NCBI RefSeq assembly: GCF_041146345.1
Contig: NW_027191413.1
Span: 2,294,001 to 2,358,000, forward strand
Direction: 5' to 3'
DNA length: 64,000 nt
DNA from: Neodothiora populina
Lineage: Eukaryota
Under the pieces are notes generated by a model. The model was not told where the DNA came from. It worked only from the letters and a program-made list of their open reading frames with translations, and ran no database searches. The position numbers were made by a program, and so were the translations under genes. Of the stretch, positions 46,520 through 59,102 are shown piece by piece (position 1 is the stretch's first letter; the number at the start of each line of letters is the position of its first letter).

Positions 46520-49500
46520 TCAGCGAGGCTTGTACTTCTGGATGGTTGATTAGTATGTGGTCACTTATGCAGGGCCCATCTGCTCTGGAGATTAGATACG
46601 ATACTCACATCTTCGGTCCTTCGCACGTTGGCACGATCGACCTGATTGCCGACCCCCATGAGCGTTTGCCCAACCGCCCTGCTGGCACCAATAACGGGTC
46701 GTAAAATGATCGTTGGAGCGTGCCTAGCGAATGTTCTCGCTGCTCCAGCTGCGCTGCTGGAATCGACGAGCTCTCCTTGCACTGCAATGAAAGCATCGCG
46801 AGCGGTGAGGAGATCACGCTCCAACTGTCGACGCCCAGATTGTAGACCTTGCAGCACGCCTAAAGGTTGGTCCGCGTAGTTGCTCACAAGCCGACGGTCC
46901 TCTTGTTCTGAGCCATCGTCTCCCTCGTCCCGCGTGTGTCCCAGAGTCTCCTCCACACCTGACAGAACATTTTGAGTGCCCACAGCAAGTTTGGCTCCCA
47001 GACGAGCAAGCTCTGCTGTGGTAGTCTTGACAAACTGGAAAGCTCCCTTTTGGACGCTGCGGACTAGACGACCATCTTTCTTATACTCGCGTACCGGAAT
47101 AGCAACAACGTCACGGACTCCGGCACCAAGACTGACAAGGGATCTGAGCGGTCCAAGACCCGCCAGTACTCCTGGAAGCTGATTGCGAATGACATCTGGT
47201 GTCCAAATGTCACTTAGCGTAGGATGTAGGGCATCAAATCCATGTATACCGTAGACGATCACATGTTTCAGCTTGATGTTGGCTCTGTCGAGAATGACAA
47301 AGTTCTTGAATTCTCCAGTATGTCCCGAACGGATGCCAGCATAGTCAACCTTTTTCGGTTTGTAGTCGAGACAAAGCCCCACCGTGTTTACCTCGATACG
47401 TTGTATGAAAGGCGAGCTGCTCGGTGAAGAAGGTGCAGCTGTGTCTGGCTTGAATTCGAAGAAACGCGTGATGAAGTCGAGAGCATCTTGATCTACATGA
47501 AGTCGCAAGGGAAGGACGGAGACCTTCGCGGGTTAGCACTCGTTCATAGCAAAAGTAAGATATTCCCTACCCGAAGAGACAGTTCGGTCGCAGCCAAATC
47601 CGCTACTGGCCGGAGATTTAAAACCTCGATATGAATCATGGGTTTCATCATCTCTCGCATATTCTCGTCGTCTTGAGAGTATGTCAAGAACTTGCGCCAT
47701 GTTGATGTCGGGACATTGTCAAATATTTCAAAGTCTGAGAGTCGTACATCCACAGAACTCTGTACTTCGCCACTGCCCTGAGGATACAAGGAGAAATCCA
47801 AGGATGCTCCTTTCAGCTCAAATGCAATCTTGTGGGCTTTGCTGCGCGCTAAATGTAATTTCCTCTTGCGTGGACGCGGTCTGCCGTGCCGTGCAGAAGA
47901 ATAAGGCGTGGTCGGCCTCGAAGTACCGGAAGTTGCATAACTCTCCGATTCGCTGACCAAGTCATCAATACCTCTACTGATTTCGTGTCGAAGGTCGGCT
48001 GCATCGCGATTCGCAGGAACACCAATATAGATGGAGTTGAACAGGCAGTCGCCAATGACAGACTCGTCCTCGTCTTCTGCCTCCGTAGACCTTCTGCGAT
48101 TCTGCTTTCGCTCTTCAAGCTGCTGTTCCACATCCTCGACGGCTTCTGCTATAGCGTCACGCGTTCGTTTCCAGTCGTAACCGTCGTAAAGATTCCATAT
48201 GACGTGGACATCACGTACACGGAGCTGAAGTGGAAACGGCTCAATAATCTGTGAGGCAAATCCACCGTCACCACCAAGTGTCGTGCCTGTGACACGAGCC
48301 GGATACTGTACAGTACTGTGAGCCTTGTCAAGGTATTCGTCACCAAAGAAAAAGGACTTGAGCATGACCTCTGGTCTCCCACTGCTTTGCTTAGATTGTC
48401 TCTGAATATGTTCCAGTAAAGAGTCGTTGTCCAAATGTTGTGTTCTCGAAGCTTCCATCACCTCGTAAAAACCTTCCTCCTCAATAAAGCTTTCTATTGT
48501 CTGGGCTCGGTCTTGCTCGTTGTCAAATATAGCATGCTCTTCATCGGAGTGGACGAATGCATCCGTTGGACCGTACAAGCTGTTCGTCAAGCTCGACTGC
48601 TGGAGCAGATCATCAACCTCAGAGATAGGTGAGGTAGTATCCGCGTCAAATAAAGTATCCGCTGTTCGCGAAGACTCTCCAAAAGCGTCACCGGTGAAAG
48701 AAGCTATCATGTCTGGTACTGTCATGACTTCAGTGCGGAACTTGGGTTCCATGTTCGGCGGAGCTGGAGGTGAAAGGCCGTTGAGAATGCTGATAAGTGT
48801 CTGTGTCGAGTCCGCACAAGTCTCAAGTAAGAACAGTTCATCCCTGACTTCAACGTCTGCGGAGCGTTGTTTCGTGATTTGGTTCTCCGTGATGGTGACT
48901 GTTGCTTTCGCCGACATGATCGAGCTGACAGATATGTAGCCTTGTGCGGTCAGATACGCTTGAAGGCGATCGACAGAGCCCGGCGGTCTGGCAACAATCT
49001 CAGCTGGTGTAGGACTGCTTTGTTTCTGGTCGATTATATGCAGAGAAGCTTTGCGTAGCTCCAAGGTGGCCGTGAACGTCTGATCCGCTGGGATGATGGT
49101 ATCTAGTCTTGTGTTTGACAGAACAAGAACACCTCTGGCTTCGGAGTCCAAAGGATTCATCCCGAGTGCGCTGTCGAGAAGTAGAACATCCAAACGTACC
49201 TTCTTGCCAGCCTTCGTAGCAGACCCTCTTTCAATGATCGGAGAAGGTGGTGAAGCCTGGCCCTCAGCAACCATAGTACTGAGTATAGAAACGGAAGCTT
49301 GAAGAGCTGCATCCACTGGCTCAAGCGGATGATCCACACTAGTCAATGCAACGATCGTCGATACATCGTATTCTAAAGCGAGGTTGTAGAACTTGACCTT
49401 GATGGTAGGTTCGACTTCGTCGCCAATCATCCTCATCATGATCATGGGTAGCTGGTCGTTTGGGCGAACTTCGTGGACCAAGTCGCGGCCATCAAGCGGA

Positions 49501-52500
49501 CCTGCCCGGATGCTGCCCACGGAGAAAGCAATGAGGGCTGGCAAGCCTACATAAGCTGATTGTAGGTCTCTGCAAGAGATCTCGAGCGTGCCGAAACTCT
49601 TGTTCACGGGTACCCGTACGTTGAGATCTACAATCCGCGGCAGTATCAACAACCCGGGTCGATCGTCTTCGGGAAGATACTTGGCCACCGCAGAAAATCT
49701 GCTCAATTCATCACCAAGTAATTGCAAGTCAGAAACAAAGGCCCAACTCTCGATCTCCATTGCGGCGGAGGCGACTTTGATCCGCAAGACTGCACCCTTT
49801 CGTCTCTGGCGTATAAGGGTGTCCATAAGGATATCGTCGTCGTTTTCGTACTTGTTCTTTGACGGTGTAATCAGGGACAGCAAACGTTCGAGGTCTGTAT
49901 CCTCAGGCGCAGGAAGGTAGTCAAGCCTGAGATCTTTGATATGAACCATGAAGCGTGACAGAACTTCATCATCGAAGATCTCACAAAGGCTAGCATTGCC
50001 TAAAGTGACAAGAACGTACTTGGGGCGTACATTAATCTTTGTGGAGGAGCACTGCACTTGAAGGGAACAAGAGCCTGATCTGAGTACGATAGTGGCGCCT
50101 TGTATGCTGGTATTAAGTTTGAGTTCTGTTGTGCCTGAAGCTATGGCAGGAGTCTCGAGATCTTCCTCGAAGCGAACGCCTCTCCGTACGGGAGACCGAG
50201 GTATGCTTGCTGGACCGGGATCGCTGCTCGCAACGGAAGCACTCAATTCCATAATACCACTGACGCCGCCAAAGACACTCAATGCATCATCGATAGCAAC
50301 AAGATCAAGGTCCAAGTTGAGAGGTCGTATCCATGTACGGATATTTGTGACAGAATTACCCTGCGAGGTGGGCTGGGAGCGCTGGAATTTGACCAAAATT
50401 TCAGGCGATCCAGATCTGTTGACTCGAGCAGATTTTGGTTGCTTGAAAGATAGAAGGTCTTTTGAGGCGGTACCGATAGTCAACTTGCGGATTGCGAAGA
50501 TAACGTTGGGAGTATTTGCTTGTGAATGTAGACCGAAGGTGAGGTCTTTGGCCTTCGCGCGCATAACAACCTTAGGCTCTCCCATATCATCGGCTTGCGT
50601 TTTCCCGGAGGGAGATACTGGCACTTCAGTAACCTGTTCAACCAAGGATAGCTGTAGAGTTCCTAGACGCAGAGATACTTGCGGTAGAGATGTCTGGTTT
50701 GCCTGCTCTACTACGTTGTCTGTTTCGTCATGCGACTCTTTGGCACTCGATTCGACCAATGTATGTACCTGAGATAAGAGTTTGACTGCAGCTATATCGG
50801 CCTGGATGTTCAACAGACTCAGGTTGATGTCTATGTTTGCTTTATCAATGGTTGTTGAGCTGCTCAGATCTGAGATTGAAGGCTGGTCCTGGACGTATGA
50901 CGCCTGAAGTCGCCGTGATCCTCCCATTTCGGCATATGCAGAAAATGTCCCAGGCATATCTCTTGCGTAAAGCGATGCTGTTACGGAATCTTGTGGTGAA
51001 ACCTCAAAGGTTCCTGCTTGGATTGTCGGTTGGTCCTGGTTGGCTGCTTGCTGTGTGCTAGGGAGCCATACTGTCATACTGTCAAGCACAAGTAGTCGTT
51101 TGAAAACCTCGCTTGGGCTCTCCTGGTTTTGACTATTATCATCCATACCAGATCTTGAAGCGTTAAGTCTACCAGTAGTATGGAACTCTGATCCGGCATC
51201 GGGTAATGTCTCTCGACTTTCACGCGCTCTGGGGGTCGGGGCCCGGTCTTCCAAGTCGTTCGAGTCTGGAGCCTCAGCACTCTTCAGGGTACTGGTAGAT
51301 TGTGCTGGATATTCGAGATACGATTCATCAGGAAAATATCCGGGAGCTCTTCTATATTCAGGTGGCGATGGAGTACTCTGACTTATCGCACTCAAATACA
51401 TACTCTTACCCATTTCCTGACTGTACATCACCGATTGAGTCATCGGATCGTTCACATCATCATCGTCGGGGCTGTTGGGAAAGGTTGGAGAGTCGTGATC
51501 AGAATATGCTTGCGGCTGATAAGTAATACGGGCTCCAAAATCAACCACTCGTGGAGAGGAGTCTTGGGTAATACCGAATGACGGAGCTTCAGCAGTGGGT
51601 CTTATCGAATGGAAATCATATCTTGTCGACTCGCCATCCGAACTCTGAAAATCTTCGATGGAAGCGGAGAGTAATTGTGAGTCTTCAAGAGGCGCAAAGG
51701 CGGTATTGTCCGGATCAGAAGATGTTTGACTCCGCCGAGATGTATAGGAATGGCTATCTTCGCCTGCACGAATGTCATAAACATCTGTATCGTTGGTGGA
51801 ATCTATACTGTCATCTTCAGCGGCATCTGCGAAACGACCCTTTGTAGACGTAGTGACAGAAACAGGTGAAACTGCTGGGCTATAGTGATCTCGCGATGAT
51901 TGCTCAAACGTCGGCGTCGTAGGTGCAGATTCATCGTAGTCTGCAGGCTCGTCCTTATTTGATTGTGGTACAGATACCTGTAGGGGTACCTGAGATGGCG
52001 AAGCATGTGCACCTTCTTTGCTAGGACTTCTTAGAGCAGAGGGAGACTCTGCGGGAGTTGACGGAGATGTTGCTGAACCGTAAGTATCACCAGAGCTAGC
52101 CGGCTCGCAAAGAAGGTCCACGTTCAGTGCCCCCAGAGAAATCCGCCGACGACCTACATACGCTTCATTGATAGGACTCTGGCTATTTGCATTGACCTCG
52201 ATTGAAGCAACCGGATCGATATGTATGTGAGCGATATTCAGCGCAATGCCAACAGGCACGAGGCGGGTTGGCCCAGTCACTGAGGGGACATTTGCATCAC
52301 ACCTGATGTTGATATCCCTGATTGTTACTGTCAGGCGATCCAAAATACTTTGTAACATCCTAGCCAAGAATCCCGGGAGCCCTAAAGCATTTCCAGTGCC
52401 AACGATTGCCTCATCACTATCATCACTTGTAATCGAAGCTTCGATGCTCTTCGACTGAGACAGGATGGCGGCTTCAAGCTCTCGCTTCTCCTTTGCAGGC

Positions 52501-53036
52501 TCAACATCGAGGAAGGAAGTAGCAAGATCCTGCGCGGTGGGGAGGCTTGCATCTTCGACAGGACGAAACTGGCGTCCACCGGGATCGTGAGAAGGTGGAG
52601 AGTCTATCCGCTTTGCAGTCTTGCGATGGCGCGGGGTTTTGGAAGATTCCAAGTCCCGCTCAGTCTCCACTTCGACTCGTTCGACTCGGGCGCGGAGTTG
52701 TACGCCGTCAACTTCTGTCGTTATTGTCAAGTCACTGGCGACATTCACCCGGACCGTCACAGCCCGCGCTGCAAGAATCTGTAGCGTTGGGGGCAGTTGC
52801 AGTAGAGCAGTAAGTTTCTGCCTGCATATCAGTGATACTATCTATATATCACATCTGGAAATACACAAACGAACCTCTAAACGGATGCCTACGTCCTTGA
52901 ACTCCGCGCTGCTATTCCGTCCTATAGTGAAATTGAGCTTGTCGAGATCAAGAGTATCTGTGTCCAGGAAGCCTGTCTTAGCAAGGGCGAACCGCAGGAG
53001 TCGACTTCTGACTGAAGAAGGCAGGAAGTAATCCAT
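46520..53036 (-). CDS. ATG2: Autophagy-related protein 2 (lipid transfer protein), 4 exons
   Basis: N-terminal chorein-like [28 protein letters not shown]2 motifs [79 protein letters not shown], last exon KYKPR*. Introns ~52779-52872, ~47525-47570 and ~46538-46608. Confidence 0.95.
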
Positions 53037-53599
53037 GGCGTCGAAGCTAGCAGGCAACTACGGCCTCTGACTGTGGGGGAAAGGTTGCAAATAATGACCA
53101 AACAGTTCGACAAGTTACCAGGCGTATTTGATCAGACTGTGAGACGTGATTCGGCTCCGCTGTCTATACAAGGGTCACTGCTATGTGACTGGTGATCAGG
53201 GCGGGGATGTGGCAGTACGCGCTCTTGCACTGTTGTCCCTTTGGTACGTCGAGAGCTGCCGCTTGAAGCATGTTATCCGTGCAGGTGATCTGTTGTTGCA
53301 CTATTTTGATTCATATGTGAAAGCTATCGAAACTGTAGTCATGTCATCTTGACACTTCAAATCAGCTCGTCGAGTGCGGCAGTCAGCTTCACTCTTGCTC
53401 TTGTTGTTTCGACTGAGTAGGTAGGGATGTGTCGGGTCTCAATAAAGTCATGCGAGCTCGCCGTTAATCATTAGGTCGCCAGCACGTGGCGGTGATGATG
53501 AAGTCCACTGTTATCGTCCGATAAGGATCGGAGACAAGGCCGTGGGCTTGATAAAAGCCGAAGGGCGCCGTTCAGTCTCTATTGGAGACCAAGGCCGCT

Positions 53600-53695
53600 G
53601 CCGAGGCCGCCCTGTAGTTGCCTGCGTTGCCCCTGTGGCTGCCTCCGCTGTCTCCGTTGTCTCCGTGGTTGCTTCCGTGGTTCTCTCCATGGCGC
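53600..53695. repeat. Degenerate 9-12 bp tandem repeat in the ATG2/ADGF divergent intergenic region
   Basis: ttgcctgcg-ttgcccctgtgg-ctgcctccg-ctgtctccg-ttgtctccgtgg-ttgcttccgtgg-ttctctccatgg. Confidence 0.7.
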
Positions 53696-53929
53696 CTGTC
53701 CCGTCATTGCTTTGAGCATCTCGTCATCTATTTCAGTATTTGGCGTTTGCAGACTCCCGTCTCCCCCACACTCACACATCTAGGTACGGAGCACAAGTAC
53801 ATGTGATGTGGTACCAGTCCAATATCTTACATTAAGTGCTTCAAATCTACAATAGCCGTACACTCGTTTACATTGGCCTACTTCGATACCTACAAGCTCG
53901 ATACTAAAGGAGTCTGAAAGGGGGTAATC

Positions 53930-55779
53930 ATGGATAAGCTTACCATTAATGACGACGAGCAATGGATCAGGGAACAAGGCGTTCCTAGCAACGATCAACC
54001 TTTCATTCAGAAATATTTCCAAGGTCGAGATGCCTTGGTAGCTGAAGAGAAAAAACAGCGCAGTGGTTCGTAGGTGTGTTTATCGAACAAGGTAACAAAG
54101 ATCTGACCCTGACTTTTGTGTCATTAGACCATGCCTTCACGCAAACTTTGTCACCCATGGCCGCTGAGGCTTGTGCTATCGTTTCAGCCATTCGATTCGA
54201 AGAACAGCAGACCCTGTGGACAAAAGACTATGAAGATAGCCTAGCATCTGCCACTCCAGATGTGTTTCCTGGCATGATGTTCTCTTTGGCTCGGCCAAGA
54301 ATCGAGCAATCTAACTTGTGGAAGATCGTCAAGAAGATGCCAAAGGGCGCCCTCCTACATTGCCACCTTGAAGCTATGGTTGACCTAGACTGGCTCATGG
54401 AGCACGCCTTTAGTCTCGGAGGAATCCATGTGCAAGCAGATGCTCCTCTTGATACTGAAATGTCGCAATCGCTCACGCCCTTCAAGTTCAAGTGGCTCAA
54501 AAACAGTAGAAACTCAGATGTTTCCATTTGGAGCAGTTCATATGTACCAGGGACGTATGTCCCTATTACACATGTGGCAGATAGCTTCCCCGGTGGTGGC
54601 ACGGAAGGTTTCAAGCTGTGGCTGAGAGCAAGGTCGACCATCACCCATGAAGAGTCTCTAGCTCACCACCACGGCCCAAACGATGTTTGGCGAAAGTTTC
54701 AGTCCTGCTTTGGTATCGTCACCAGCTTGCTGCATTACGAACCAACATATCGAGAATTTCTGCGCCGCATGTTTCGTCAATTGGTGGAGGATGGAGTTCG
54801 ATATGTGGATATCCGATCGGCATTCCTCATTCCCTTCTACCAGAAGGGTAGTGAAGAACCAGAGGAGGACTTCGAGTATATGCTCGAAGTGCTAGAAGAA
54901 GAAATCGACGCTTTCAAGCGATCAGAAGCTGGTAAGACCTTCTGGGGTGCAAGGATGATCTGGACCGCGATACGACACTTTGATACCAGGAAAATCATTG
55001 AAAGTAGGTCCACAGCATGTACCCCGACGTGCGAAACGTGCGCTGATACTACTTTAGGTATGCAAGAGTGCATCGTGATGAAGCAACTGTTTCCTGATCT
55101 CATCGCTGGGTTTGATCTCGTAGGACAAGAGGACATTGGCAGACCTCTGGCAGACCTGATACCAGAGCTATTCTGGTTTAAGAAGGCTTGTGCTCAGTCT
55201 GGAGTCGATATTCCCTTCTTTTTCCATGCGGGTGAGACCTTGGGTGATGGAGATTCAACAGATGAAAACCTGTTCGATGCGATCCTCTTGGGCACACGCC
55301 GCATTGGTCACGGCTTCTCTCTTTACAAGCATCCTCTACTCATCGACATGATCAAAGAGAAAAAAATCCTCATCGAGAGCTGTCCCATCAGTAACGAAGT
55401 ATTGCGACTGACTGGCAGCATCATGTCCCACCCTCTACCGGCGCTGCTCGCCCGTGGCGTTCCAGTGGCACTATGTAATGACGATCCCGCCATCCTTGGG
55501 CATGGCCACAGTGGCATGACGCACGACTTTTGGCAGGCGCTGCAAGGATGGGAGAACCTGGGCCTTTCGGGTCTGGCCAGTCTTGCAGAGAACAGTGTAC
55601 GCTGGGCTTCATTTGAGGATCTCAATGCCAAAGATTGGGGCCAGGATGTCAAGGACGGTTTGTTCGGAAAGCGCGTCAGGGCACAGCGACTCAAGCAGTG
55701 GGCAGAGGAATGGGAAAAGTTCTGTCAGTGGGTGGTTTTGGAGTATGGAAGTGACCGGGACCTGGAGCCTGACGAGTAG
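53930..55779 (+). CDS. Adenosine deaminase-related growth factor (ADGF/CECR1/ADA2-type) deaminase, 3 exons
   Basis: MDKL..GRDALVAEEKKQRS|DH, KMPKGALLHCH, AGFDLVGQED, FFFHAGET, RIGHG, ESCPISNEVLRL, NDDPAILG. Introns 54065-54128 and 55004-55057. Confidence 0.92.
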
Positions 55780-56817
55780 TAATAATCGGGGCACGTAACG
55801 TATATGGGCTGGTATTATGCTTCAATCATTTAATTTTGGTTGGTTGGCGTTGGGGACTGCAAGTGCGGTACCACAAAGACAGTAATCGAATACAAGACAA
55901 GTAGTTAATCTCAAGTAGTTTATCTCAAGTAGTTTATGCGGACAAGAATATCCATCGAACAATACTCTAGTCTGACGATGAAGCATTCCCACGAGTACTT
56001 AGTCTATGGAAGCTCACTACCTGCGACTCATCTCATGGTTCTTGAACATCACGGCGAATTGGACAGGGTTAGCCTCCAGACATCAGACATAATTTCCATA
56101 CTTCCAGAACTGCACGACGAATGACATGCATGTTGTGCACCATATGATTACGACACCTCGGTCACTGCGTGCGATGATACCTCTCCTGCATAAGCACTCC
56201 AGTATCTACCAAGACTGTTCGTGGGATCCCACGGTTATCACAAGACAGCGTCTGTAACTAAGCGAGAAATTGGATACCTGCCTCCATTAACAACCAGACC
56301 ACTATTGCATGTCTCAAACCGCCAGAGCCACAGGACATGGACACAGAAACATCAATAGCAATGCATATCCTACAAGCACGGTGATGCGCAAGACAATACA
56401 CGATAGTTTATCATAGACTTTGCCCGAGACCACGAGAGAACGCGACATGACTTGACCAATAGCAGCTCGGCGTCACGACCATGTGTTTCCCTTGCCCTCG
56501 TCTGTTGGTCTCGCGCTTTTGCCGATACTCGAAGTCTGCTGTGTTCGATTCGATCTGTCCTGACGATTTTCAACGAAAGAGATCCTGACCGTACCTGGGT
56601 TAGTTCTTGACACCCTCAAGAACCATTCAATTGACTTTTCTCGCGTCATAGGTGCGGGCAAGGAAGGGGGGGGGGCGATAAGTTCGCCATTGCGGATGAA
56701 AGGTGGTTATATGTCTTTGTTATATAGTGATCGAGGTTGAGTGTCTATAAATATGTGAAGCGCTGGCTTTTGTTTAATCATTTCCTACATTTCTTTTGGC
56801 TATACGTATGCTGCACG

Positions 56818-58482
56818 ATGCTGTCATCCATGAATGTCGTTCTCTCATCCTGGGCAGTGTATGCTCTAGCCGGTCTATGCTCTGCGCACCCTAACGAACC
56901 GCGCTCGGCAGAAGCAGTACCTCTGCATAATACGACAAACGCCGTCCACTCGATCGATTGCAATGGTAGAGCATACGCATATCATGAACTGGCTGGATAT
57001 GGGTTCGTGCCTAGTGACGCCCGCGATAAGTTCGGCGACACGATCGGTGGGGTCGGATCTTCCATCTCTATCGACAAGAAGTCATGGACGAGGAAAGGGG
57101 ACCGCTATACGGGTGTCCTCTGGGCTTTGCCTGGTAGGTCGCATATCACCCGAGTCACTCATCGCCACAAGTCAATTCAGCTCATCATCTGGTGTAGATA
57201 GAGGTTGGAACATCCAGGGTACACTGAATTATCAGAACAGGGTTCACAAGTTCTCCATCGAGCTTCTGCTTCGCGGAATTGCCACCGTCGATGACCCCTC
57301 GCCTCCGAACCTTAGTTTTCAATATACAGACATTATTCTCTTCACAGGACCCAATGGTTCGGCTGTCTCTGGATTGGACGCGGATGCAGATGGACCATAT
57401 CTCAGCTTTGACGGCACTGACCTGCCACCGACCACATATGTTGGGGATGGATTTGGTGGTAATGGAACCGGAGGACATCGTGTCTCGATTGATTCAGAAG
57501 GTCTTGTACCGAATGCTGATGGGTCATTCTGGGTTTCGGATGAGTATGGGCCTTATATCTATAAGTTCTCGAGGACTGGCAGTATGCTGGAGGTAATACG
57601 GCCGCCCAACTCGTTCATTCCTTTGCGCAACGGGACCGAAAGTTTCAGTGCAGACTTTTCCATACTATGATCCGACGATTGAGGTCTTTCCGGCGAACAA
57701 CCCAAGTGGTAGAAGCAACAATCAAGGGTTCGAAGGTTTGACCGCATCGGCAGATGGCAAGAAGCTCTACGTGCTTCTCCAGTCAGCATTGAATCAGGAA
57801 GGCGGGCTGAAGAAGAACCGCAGATACACGCGATTTCTCAAGTACGACATCTCGGGAGCGAAGCCAGAGTATGAGGCCGAGTATATTGTACCTCTTCCAC
57901 TCTACGGCAGTGGCTCTGTTGCTGCTCAATCTGAGATTCTATTGGCTCGCGATTCTAATGCCGGAAGAGGGCAAAGCGAGACCCAGAGCTCATATCGGCA
58001 TATCGATGTAATTGACATCTCCAACGCGACAAATGTCACGAGTGCTGTGAATGACGCCTTCAATGGCTCCATTGCAAGCACCACAGGAACCTTACGCACA
58101 GGGATTCAGCCGGCCGCATACTGTAGCTTCCTTGACATCAACAGTAACAGCCAACTGAATCGATTCGGCGTACATAACGGAGGGGATTCTGACGCTGGCT
58201 TGTTGAACGAGACATGGGAGTCTTTGGCTATAGTACCAGTCAACAACTACGATCCTGATAGCGATGAATACTTTGTCTTTGCGTTCAGCGACAACGACTT
58301 CATCACGCACAATGGTGAGTGAAGCAGAGAAGCCTGATACGGCAGCGAACTGCCCCAAATGACCGAACCCAGGATATCTGAATTCTGGTCGATACCAGTA
58401 TGCCAATGCGTCGGGCTACAATCTGGACAACCAGGCTTTGGTCTTCAAGGTGTCGCTTCCAAGAGGGGCCCGGCCTTCTTAA
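56818..58482 (+). pseudogene. Secreted 'esterase-like activity of phytase' family gene with frameshift (probable pseudogene or assembly error)
   Basis: Signal-peptide-like N-terminus, LP|DRGWN, IDSEGL..FWVSDEYGPYIY, NNQGFEGLT, WESLAIVP, SDNDF. The frame changes at 57656-57661 with no intron signals, giving a stop at 57668-57670. Confidence 0.75.
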
Positions 58483-59102
58483 GAAAGATACAAGAGTAGA
58501 TACGTGATACCAGTGATCTTTGCACAAGTAGCAACTTGTTCTGCACTGAATATGGACGACATTAGTCAATGGCATGCTTGCATTTCAGATGCTCGATGAG
58601 CATCGCAGTTCTTTGTCTTAGTCAGGGACGCGAGTATGACAAAGAACGTGACTTCTAGATCAAGACAAGACACTCCAGTATAGAGGAATGTTCAACATCG
58701 TCCGAAACAAAACATACATGTATATCGCAATGCACAAACACTCAATCAATAGCATCGCGTGTTCGAGCACGCCAGAAGAAGCCGAAAATAGAAGCGTTGC
58801 GTTGCACTTGCACAGGCAAAAAATAGAAAGGTGACGTACTTTTGTGTATGTCGGCGGTGGCTAATGCGTAATGAATGGCGGGGCAAGTTTCAAAGGCGGA
58901 AACCTTGAGAGCTTCTCCCTTTCACCCAATCTCTCTATTATTCCATTACTGTATATAGTCAAGGTACGCTACTGCTACTGAAACAAAGAAAAGCTTTTAC
59001 AACACTGGTCTTTTTGACTTTCTATATCATCTTCTGTCTATCCTCCTCCTACCCCCGATCCCACACCGACATCTTTGTGCAACAACAACACAGGCAAGCA
59101 GA

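Noticed and set aside
55903..55935. Short direct duplications (ATCTCAAGTAGTTT x2; also 46103, 46261, 27424) as a repeat array or CRISPR
   Set aside because: Only 2-3 adjacent copies without spacers in eukaryotic DNA; ordinary slippage duplications.
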